From an uncultured Anaerolineaceae bacterium (GTDB lineage: Bacteria; Chloroflexota; Anaerolineae; Anaerolineales; UBA4823), in assembly GCA_964547225.1 (NCBI GenBank), contig CAZJMV010000052.1, positions 143-64,142 on the forward strand: a stretch of 64,000 bases of DNA, in the 5' to 3' direction. The translations under genes were made by a program, and so were the position numbers. Of the stretch, positions 28,742 to 36,492 are shown in pieces (position 1 is the stretch's first letter; every line of letters starts with the position of its first letter). The notes beneath the pieces were generated by a model. That model ran no database searches. It saw nothing but the letters and a program-made list of their open reading frames with translations, and had not been told where the DNA came from.

Positions 28742-29746
28742 TTAATTTTGTTTTACAGCATAATTTGGAATAATAAAATCAATTGGCCATATAGTTTGGT
28801 CATTATACATCACACCTTGTAGAATCGCATCCTTCAGTAATGGTTTTAGACTGACCTCAGTCAATGAAGCAATGTACTCATCTTCTAGAGCTTTCCTTAA
28901 GTTAGTTGTCATTAAGGCTGTTTTGAGATCATTTCCAGAAAGAATCTGATATGAAAAATCTTCAGTAGCATAATTAGGCTTAGGAATTGTCAATGTTGCG
29001 CCGTGAAGATTTGCACCTCTTAGGTCCGCACCGCTTAGATTGGCACCGATTAAATTCACTCCAGTCATTTTAGCATTTTTTAGGATTGCACCAGTAAGGT
29101 TAGCTCCGAAGAACATACTACCGCTAGCATCGACCCGCGTCATGTCCGTTCCTTTTAGGTCTGAGAGGTTCAATATGGAGCCAGTGATACTCGCTTTTTG
29201 TAAATTTGCGCCTGAGAAATCAGCAGAACTTAACTTTGCGCCGTCTAATTTGGCGCCGACGAGAATTGCACCGCAAAGATAAGCAAAATCCATTTCGGTA
29301 CCACTAAGGTCGACCCCGTTCAGATCAGTCCCATGTAAAGCTGCTTTTTGTAGATGAACTCCGCGCATTTTAGCAGTTCTTAGATTTACTCGGTCTAATT
29401 CGGCACCTCGCATATTTGCTCCATTGAATATCACACCATCTAGATGAGTATTTTGAAGATTTGAAAATGAAAGATTAGCTCCAGTAAAAATAGCGTTGCT
29501 TAGATTAGAGTTTTCTAGATCTGTATCGATAAATATTGCACCTGAAAGGTTACTATTTTGTAGATTTACATTCTGCATTTTTGATTTACTAAAATCCGCT
29601 TCGGTCAACAATTGATCGTTTAGATACTTACCCGTAAAATCATAACCAGTACAATTGGGTGGACAGCCTACTGGCAACGTGCTTGAACATCCAGCAATGA
29701 TGATAGCTGTGAGAAAGAAAAACCAGACCAAGCGTAAGTATTGCAT
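28742..29746 (-). CDS. Pentapeptide-repeat lipoprotein (tandem paralog)
   Basis: Lipobox IIAGC, GCPPNC cap, pentapeptide repeats, YNDQTIWPIDF. Confidence 0.88.
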   Translation of the reverse strand: MQYLRLVWFFFLTAIIIAGCSSTLPVGCPPNCTGYDFTGKYLNDQLLTEADFSKSKMQNVNLQNSNLSGAIFIDTDLENSNLSNAIFTGANLSFSNLQNTHLDGVIFNGANMRGAELDRVNLRTAKMRGVHLQKAALHGTDLNGVDLSGTEMDFAYLCGAILVGAKLDGAKLSSADFSGANLQKASITGSILNLSDLKGTDMTRVDASGSMFFGANLTGAILKNAKMTGVNLIGANLSGADLRGANLHGATLTIPKPNYATEDFSYQILSGNDLKTALMTTNLRKALEDEYIASLTEVSLKPLLKDAILQGVMYNDQTIWPIDFIIPNYAVKQN

Positions 29747-29931
29747 TAGGAATTTTTAAAATTTGGAAATTGAATCTGGTTCAAGGATTTTTTTCTTTTT
29801 TGACATCCACAATCATTTCCTGAAATTTGTGTATAGAATTTTGCAAATCTGTCTAGACCTGAAATGTGTATGATGTCTTCTATGGTATCACCTAATCCGC
29901 TACCAACTTTTATTTCTGTGCGTACTTTCAT
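29746..29931 (-). CDS. 61-aa peptide, candidate substrate of the C39 ABC exporter
   Basis: GAAAGGA RBS, TAATG overlap with the next gene, MKVRTEIKVG leader-like N-terminus, GLGD and DCGC motifs. Confidence 0.75.
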   Translation of the reverse strand: MKVRTEIKVGSGLGDTIEDIIHISGLDRFAKFYTQISGNDCGCQKRKKSLNQIQFPNFKNS

Positions 29932-29971
29932 GTTTGTTCCTTTCCAATAGATAGATCTCTATAATAATTAT

Positions 29972-32161
29972 TTAAGGATGTGCGATCACAATTAGTGTCT
30001 TCGCTTCATCTAGAACACATTGCAATGAGCGTTTTAAATTTTCTGGATCAAGTGCACCAAAACTTTCGTCAAAAACCAATAAGTCAGCATTCTGTAATAG
30101 AGTGCGGGCAATAAATAAGCGGCTTCGTTCACCATGTGAAAGTTGCCAACCACTTTCACCCAACATTTGTTGAAATCCCGATGGCATCCGATCTAAAAGC
30201 TCACCAAGTCCTAGTTTTCTGCAAATCTTTTCAGCATCTTGTAGGTCTTCATCTTTAGGAGGCCAACGACGTCCCATCAATAGATTGAAAGCAAAGGTCT
30301 CTGAAAAAACATAATTCTCTTGAAATTGAGGCGCCATGACAACATGTCGACGCCACTCTTCAGAACCAAGTATTTGGCGGTCAAACCCCCATAGTAATAA
30401 TGAGCCTGTGTCTGGCTTTCTCAAGCCCGTTAGAAGTGATGCTAAGGTCGATTTACCGCCGCCGGAAGGTCCTTCGAGAAGAATCCTATCGCCTGGATTA
30501 ATTTTGAGGGAACAGCTATCGAGAACGAGTCGACCATTCTGTTGATATTTAAAAGATAGATCGCGAGCAAAAATTAGAAATTGATTCTGAGAATGCAATG
30601 AAAATTCTTTTGGCGATTGAGGCTTAGTCGGAATTTGTTGCAGTGAAGGAGATGCCAAATTTAGAGCTGCAAGTTCTCGCGAACGACTTGCGGCTTGAAA
30701 TAGTGGACCTACTTGTCTCCACGCGATAGCCAAGCTTGTAATACTTTGGACACCACCTGTTAATTTTCCCAATGCTTGCGAAGCGAAGAGAATACCTCCT
30801 AAACTAATTGCAAGCATTTGCGGTTGCGGAGACCCGGTGATATAGGGTATTGCAAGACCGGTTAATCCTGCGATGATCCACCCTCTCGAGATAATGGAAT
30901 TCAATTGTATGCGAATATTGTCCATTTTACTGGAAAGATGAAGATATTTTTCTAAGGCTTGATCTTCTTCATCATGCCAATGGAGTGGATCCTCTTGAGC
31001 GAGACGAGTGCGGTGTCCAACCATTCTTTCAACAAGGTCATTGGTCATCTCGCGATATGTATCTGACCATAGGAGACTATTTTTATAATATCTCCATAAA
31101 TACACAGTGGTAATGATGATCCATATAACAAGAAGTACAGAAAGAAGCGAGCCTCCAATTCCAAGGTTAAGTATATAAATTGCGAGAAAAACTTCGATGA
31201 TCGAAAGCAGTGCCATAAAACCACCACTAAATGCAAGCATCTCTACAGCTTCAGATTCCATAACACGACCTAAGAACTGACCCATACCTTGGTGGCGAAT
31301 TTCTTCGGGTTCAAGCTTTAACGTACCTTGAATAAGCCTTTGTTTGAAAATTGCTCCGGCATTCATAGATAGTTCACCTTGGGCATCGTTGACAATAATT
31401 TGTACAGGAATGGTTGAGAAAAGTAGTAACGCCCAAGCAAAAAGCCATCCAGAATCAAAATTTCCTTGAAAAATTCCTCGTCCAATAACTGCCCAGGATG
31501 CGATGGTCAGGATTTGCTGAACGAAGTACATCGTTAATAATATGTAGATTGGCTTGAAAACATCAGCGTGTTTAAATTGGTCAAATATACTGGAACCTGG
31601 TTGGTTGCGCAATAACCATCCTGCTTCAATACGGATAGCGCCAAGCTGTTCATTGAGAATCGCTTTCTTTACTTTCTCAATTCTATCAGATGGAACTTGT
31701 GCTTCCTCAAGTAGTTCATCTAGGTTCTCTCCAATCGTAGCCTCATGTGGCGCGCAAAGGATGCTTTGTAAGATTGCGTTAGAAATTTTTCGTGTTTTCA
31801 AATCGGGACAAAGCAAGGTAGATCTCTTACGCCCACTTTGGACAAGAGCGATAAATCTAGGTTGATTATCTGGACTAATTTTTGGAGTTTGGATGATAGC
31901 TGGAGCTGCTGCTTTTATTAAGCCATTTACCTCAGAATATGGAGTATTGATTGGTTCGACCTCAAGATTTAGATATCCAGCGGCTGTATCCAACCATCTA
32001 GTGAAATCAGAATCATCAGCTATTATCAAATTCTCAGGAGGAGGGGGAATATTGATTGGTTGGGATGATAATTTTGACTTATGAGCCAGGTTCTCGATTA
32101 ACTCTCCAATTTGAAAAGTTTCCCAAGAAATTTTTTTGATGTTTAGCTGATCTGTTATCAT
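29972..32161 (-). CDS. ABC exporter (TMD+NBD) with a degenerate C39-like N-terminal domain
   Basis: GPSGGGKS, LSHGERSR, VFDES, ends at VIAHP; N-terminal AAGYLNLEVE/APAII resembles C39 but has no catalytic QxxxxDC motif. Confidence 0.88.
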   Translation of the reverse strand: MITDQLNIKKISWETFQIGELIENLAHKSKLSSQPINIPPPPENLIIADDSDFTRWLDTAAGYLNLEVEPINTPYSEVNGLIKAAAPAIIQTPKISPDNQPRFIALVQSGRKRSTLLCPDLKTRKISNAILQSILCAPHEATIGENLDELLEEAQVPSDRIEKVKKAILNEQLGAIRIEAGWLLRNQPGSSIFDQFKHADVFKPIYILLTMYFVQQILTIASWAVIGRGIFQGNFDSGWLFAWALLLFSTIPVQIIVNDAQGELSMNAGAIFKQRLIQGTLKLEPEEIRHQGMGQFLGRVMESEAVEMLAFSGGFMALLSIIEVFLAIYILNLGIGGSLLSVLLVIWIIITTVYLWRYYKNSLLWSDTYREMTNDLVERMVGHRTRLAQEDPLHWHDEEDQALEKYLHLSSKMDNIRIQLNSIISRGWIIAGLTGLAIPYITGSPQPQMLAISLGGILFASQALGKLTGGVQSITSLAIAWRQVGPLFQAASRSRELAALNLASPSLQQIPTKPQSPKEFSLHSQNQFLIFARDLSFKYQQNGRLVLDSCSLKINPGDRILLEGPSGGGKSTLASLLTGLRKPDTGSLLLWGFDRQILGSEEWRRHVVMAPQFQENYVFSETFAFNLLMGRRWPPKDEDLQDAEKICRKLGLGELLDRMPSGFQQMLGESGWQLSHGERSRLFIARTLLQNADLLVFDESFGALDPENLKRSLQCVLDEAKTLIVIAHP

Positions 32162-32352
32162 GCTGTTTTCTTTGATGCTCCTGTGTAAATATTATCATGT
32201 GCAAAACTTAGCGACAAGTGTATTTTGACCGAGAATAAAATATGTTAACACTAAGTCAATTGTCGCAAAGATGGTCTGATAAGGTAGGAAATTCGAAGAT
32301 ATATAAAATATTGTTTTATAATTGCTGTATCGAAAAAACTGGAGAAAAAAAA

Positions 32353-32853
32353 GTGTCTATACAATTTTCGCGCTCATTGAGATCATTAAAATCAGATAGT
32401 TTTCGTGCATCCAGAATCGGATTAGTTCTAGCGATTATTTTTGTGATTGCTTTATTGATTTGGTTCTTTTTCGCGAAAGTGACGTTATATGAAGTTAGTA
32501 CAAATATAGAATTGACTTCTGATGGACATATCTTTGCGAAATTTTCTGAAGAAGGAGTCAAACGTATTAGCGTTGGTCAAACCGCGATAATACGTCTTGA
32601 AGGGAAAAAAAACCAACAAAAAATAAATTTACCCGCTTTGGTGGTTGATACGAGTAAAAAAGATAAAATTGAGATTTATCCGTTGGCGCATAGCTTGCCT
32701 GAAGAATTAGAGATGGATACCATTAAAGGTCAAGTAGATGTGGAAGTTGAATACGTTAAACCTGTTGAGATGGTTTTACGAACATCTGGAAATTTTATGA
32801 ATCAATCGCAAATACCCATTAGCCCACAAACCTATCAGGAAGAGAAAAAGTGA
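32353..32853 (+). CDS. Shortened HlyD/membrane-fusion-like adaptor protein
   Basis: GGAG RBS plus GTG start, FSRSLRSL N-terminus, single TM, ISVGQTAIIRL and GQVDVEVEYVKP beta-barrel-type motifs; no long coiled coil. Confidence 0.7.
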   Translation: MSIQFSRSLRSLKSDSFRASRIGLVLAIIFVIALLIWFFFAKVTLYEVSTNIELTSDGHIFAKFSEEGVKRISVGQTAIIRLEGKKNQQKINLPALVVDTSKKDKIEIYPLAHSLPEELEMDTIKGQVDVEVEYVKPVEMVLRTSGNFMNQSQIPISPQTYQEEKK

Positions 32854-35684
32854 GTTTTTTTGAAACTCCGGTTCAGGGACAAAGGTTTTTAGCGCCTGAA
32901 GTAGTACAGACTTCGGCGATGGACTGTGGTCCTGCTGCTTTGAAATCAATACTGGAGGGGTTTGAAATACCGGTAAGTTATGGACGTTTGCGAGAAGCAT
33001 GTCAAACGGATGTTGATGGCACTTCCATAAATACTATTGAGGATATCGCAATTCAACTAGGTTTGGAAGCTGAACAAATTATGTTGCCGGCTGATCACTT
33101 AGCTCTCGATGAAGCACAGGCTTTGCCAGCCATTGTTGTTGTGCAAAGACCGAGTGGTTTAACCCATTTCTTGGTAGTTTGGAGTCGGTTTGGTGATTTC
33201 TTACAGGTGATGGACCCTGCGACAGGTAGACGGTGGACGACGATCAATAAACTTTTCGAAGAATTGTATATCCATTCGTTTCCTGTTTCTGAAAAAGCCT
33301 GGAGAGATTGGGCTGGATCAGAAGGTTTATTAGCGCCCTTGCGTAGGCGTTTGGTCAATATAGAAATTGATAAAAAACAAATTGAAGATTTGATCGTAGA
33401 TGCTTCCTCAGATCAAGGTTGGCGATCGTTGGGCACATTGGATGCGACAACACGAATGATTTCATCGATAGTACGTGGAGGAGGTATCTCGCCAGGCTTT
33501 GAAGCTGGTAAAGTACTGGATCGTTTTTACAAAATCAGTCTTGAGAGTGAATTACCTACGATAGAAAAAAAGGCAAGCTTATCTTTAGGCGCCTCAATAA
33601 AATCAAAAAAGTTACAAATACCGGAAAATTATTGGTCTGTTTTACCAATTCCAAAACAAAATGAACAAGAAATTGTCGATCCTGGCGATGAAGAATTAAT
33701 GTTACGCGGTGCAGTTCTAATTCGTATTCTAGGTAAACGAGAAAAAATCGAAGAAATATTAGGAGAGGATGGATTACCTGAGATACTTCAAGAAAAACCT
33801 CTCTCGATAGATCTAGAAGCTGCTTTATCAGAAGCTGCTTACAAACCAGAACGTGAGGTTTGGAATGCTCTAAAAGAAGACGGGTTATTAACACCATCTA
33901 TTTTAACGCTAGCAATTTTAGCATCTACATTCACAGTATTAATTGAAGCGCTTCTCTTTCAGGGGATCATTCAGATTGGGGAATCATTTACCTTGTTGTC
34001 TCAGAAGGTACTCGCAATGCTAGCCGTTTTGGCTTTTATGATGGCGCCATTTTTTCTTGAATTTCCCATCAGCGCCACTGTTTTGAGGATGGGAAGGCGA
34101 CTAGAAACTAGGTTAAGGGTAGCTTTTTTAGAGAAGATTCCTCGACTAGGTGATCGGTATTTTCGTAGTCGTTTAGCATCCGATATGACTCAACGAGCAC
34201 ACGAACTGCGAGAATTACGTATGCTTCCCGATCTAGGGATAAGCCTATTGAGAACCACATTCCAACTCGTTCTGACCACAATCGGAGTAATTTGGTTGGA
34301 TCCATTAAGCGCCCCACTAGCGATTGTTGGCACAGTCTTTTTTGTAGCGCTTTCGTTTTTCACTCGTCCATTTTTAGAAGAACAAGATCTAAGGATGCGC
34401 ACTCAGATTGGAGGATTGAGTAGATTTTATCTGGATGCATTGCTTGGGTTGATTCCTATTCGTACTCATGGTGCAGAAAGAGCAATGCGTAGACAACATG
34501 AAACTCAATTATATGAATGGGTGCGAACAGGTCGTAACTACAATAACTCTGCATCTATTCTTCAGTCTTTTGGTGTATTGCTCTACTCAGCTTTTGTCAT
34601 TCTTATCGTCGTAAATTACCTATCCAAAGGTGGTGATGTAGGTGAAATATTATTGTTGTTCTATTGGACATTGAGCTTACCTAGTTTGGGACAAGCTTTA
34701 GCTGATCTTATCCAACAATATCCTACTCAGCGTAATCGTATGTTACGATTGTTGGAACCACTTGGCGCTCCTGATGAAGAAGAAGCCTGGAAATATAGCT
34801 ATGCCCAAGACAGTGAAGTCAATTCTTTTGAGGATATTAAAGACGAACCTGTTGATATAGAAATCATAGACGTTGATCTAAATGCTGGCGGTCATACAAT
34901 TCTGCAAGAAGTAAATTTGAAAATAGAAGCTGGTGAGCACGTAGCTATTGTCGGTGAATCAGGAGCAGGAAAATCAAGTTTAGTTGGATTATTATTAGGT
35001 TGGCAGCGACCATCTAATGGAAAGATATTGATCGATGGTAAGTTATTAGATGGAAAAGGTATTCAGAAATTGCGAAACGAAAGCGCTTGGGTTGACCCAG
35101 CAGTCCAATTGTGGAATCGACCATTTTTCGAGAATATTCGCTATGGTTCAGAATATCGACAAGATGGTAATTTTAGTGATGTGATCAATACAGCCGATTT
35201 GTTCAACGTAATTGAAAGACTGCCAGAAGGATTACGTACCAGGCTTGGAGAAGGAGGAGGGTTGGTTTCTGGAGGCGAGGGTCAGCGAGTAAGGCTGGGT
35301 CGAGCGCTATATCGTAATTCTGTCCGTTTGGTTATATTGGATGAACCCTTTCGTGGTTTGGATAGGGAAAAACGGAGAAACTTGCTATTAAAATCAAGAG
35401 AACATTGGCAAAATCAGACATTACTGTGCATCACGCATGATGTGGGTGAAACGATAAATTTCTCGAGAGTGCTGGTGATTCAAGATGGAAAAATCGTTGA
35501 AGATGGTGCACCAAATGAGCTTGCGAGTAATCATACGTCATACTATCGAAAACTTTTGGAAATAGAAGATGAAGTGCGTAAGGGAATGTGGGAAAGCACT
35601 GATTGGAAAAGAATGTGGTTAGATCAAGGAAAAATAAAAATCTTATCTGGAGATGATGGGGGTAATGAGGTAATAGAAAAATGA
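32850..35684 (+). CDS. Peptidase-containing ABC transporter (C39-TMD-NBD)
   Basis: QTSAMDCGPAAL (catalytic Cys), THFLVVW (His), VMDPA (Asp), GESGAGKS, VSGGEGQR, ILDEP. Confidence 0.92.
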   Translation: MSFFETPVQGQRFLAPEVVQTSAMDCGPAALKSILEGFEIPVSYGRLREACQTDVDGTSINTIEDIAIQLGLEAEQIMLPADHLALDEAQALPAIVVVQRPSGLTHFLVVWSRFGDFLQVMDPATGRRWTTINKLFEELYIHSFPVSEKAWRDWAGSEGLLAPLRRRLVNIEIDKKQIEDLIVDASSDQGWRSLGTLDATTRMISSIVRGGGISPGFEAGKVLDRFYKISLESELPTIEKKASLSLGASIKSKKLQIPENYWSVLPIPKQNEQEIVDPGDEELMLRGAVLIRILGKREKIEEILGEDGLPEILQEKPLSIDLEAALSEAAYKPEREVWNALKEDGLLTPSILTLAILASTFTVLIEALLFQGIIQIGESFTLLSQKVLAMLAVLAFMMAPFFLEFPISATVLRMGRRLETRLRVAFLEKIPRLGDRYFRSRLASDMTQRAHELRELRMLPDLGISLLRTTFQLVLTTIGVIWLDPLSAPLAIVGTVFFVALSFFTRPFLEEQDLRMRTQIGGLSRFYLDALLGLIPIRTHGAERAMRRQHETQLYEWVRTGRNYNNSASILQSFGVLLYSAFVILIVVNYLSKGGDVGEILLLFYWTLSLPSLGQALADLIQQYPTQRNRMLRLLEPLGAPDEEEAWKYSYAQDSEVNSFEDIKDEPVDIEIIDVDLNAGGHTILQEVNLKIEAGEHVAIVGESGAGKSSLVGLLLGWQRPSNGKILIDGKLLDGKGIQKLRNESAWVDPAVQLWNRPFFENIRYGSEYRQDGNFSDVINTADLFNVIERLPEGLRTRLGEGGGLVSGGEGQRVRLGRALYRNSVRLVILDEPFRGLDREKRRNLLLKSREHWQNQTLLCITHDVGETINFSRVLVIQDGKIVEDGAPNELASNHTSYYRKLLEIEDEVRKGMWESTDWKRMWLDQGKIKILSGDDGGNEVIEK

Positions 35685-35826
35685 TGTACAGCTTTGATAA
35701 TTAGTACGTATGATATAATTTTAAGCAAATAAAAGAATGATGAAATATTTAATCTACAAATTAGAATAATTCACCAATAATATGATAATAAATTTGGAAA
35801 AAAGAAATTCCTAAGCGGAGGTAGCA

Positions 35827-36393
35827 ATGTATCTAATACTGCTCGTAACAATTTTTATTTTGATTGGTTATCTGCTTGCAGAAAGCCCTATAGGAAAGAA
35901 GATTGATGATACAGCTATAGATGTATCTGAAGGTTCAAAAAAATTTCGTAAAGATACAGCAAAGAAGACACGAAGTTTGTTCAATATAGAAACACTTTTT
36001 GAACGGTTTGATGCTTTGTTTAATACGACTGGCATTGATTTATTCCCAAATGAATTTGTTGATTGGTATACTAATTTAAGTTCAGATGAAGCTGAAGAGT
36101 TTACTCAATCGCTTTCTGCGCATATGAAAACGCTAGGATTTCGCTTGAAAGATCTTGTTGATGGCAGTTTGGATGAAGACCCGTATATGCGTCAAGTTTT
36201 TGTGGAAACGATCGTTGTGTACAGTCATGAATTTCAAAAAGTGAAACAAGCACGCGAAAAAAATGAAAAACAAAATCAGAAGAACACTGGAAAACAGAAG
36301 GATCAAAAAGAGATGGCTAAGAAGAGACCAAGTCGAAGAAAGGATAATGAGGTATCAGAAGCTGATTTGGTAGATTCCGCTTCTGTTGTATAG
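35827..36393 (+). CDS. Membrane-anchored hypothetical protein with KKRPSRR motif
   Basis: GGAGG RBS, N-terminal TM helix, helical middle domain, paralog of 24571..24870. Confidence 0.75.
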   Translation: MYLILLVTIFILIGYLLAESPIGKKIDDTAIDVSEGSKKFRKDTAKKTRSLFNIETLFERFDALFNTTGIDLFPNEFVDWYTNLSSDEAEEFTQSLSAHMKTLGFRLKDLVDGSLDEDPYMRQVFVETIVVYSHEFQKVKQAREKNEKQNQKNTGKQKDQKEMAKKRPSRRKDNEVSEADLVDSASVV

Positions 36394-36417
36394 GTATAAA
36401 ATGGTTTGATCGGTTAT

Positions 36418-36458
36418 GCTCATGGACTTAGATCGTAATAAAAGTTCATGAGCTTTTT
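36418..36458 (+). terminator. Intrinsic terminator
   Basis: GCTCATGGACTT...AAGTTCATGAGC followed by TTTTT. Confidence 0.7.
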
Positions 36459-36492
36459 ATTATTAATGAAAAATGAGTGATAATGGTTAAAA

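Noticed and set aside
25717-29746. Qnr/McbG-type gyrase-protection or antibiotic-resistance genes
   Set aside because: All three proteins have a lipobox or TM anchor predicting extracytoplasmic location, and no microcin or toxin synthesis genes are nearby.
25717-29746. Periodic DNA suggesting a CRISPR array or tandem repeat
   Set aside because: The periodicity is the 15-nt signature of pentapeptide coding repeats; there are no identical repeats with unique spacers.
24571-36393. Mobile element, plasmid or prophage suggested by parA and the flanking similarity
   Set aside because: No integrase, transposase, rep, parB or phage structural genes; the flanking similarity is coding paralogy rather than att sites.
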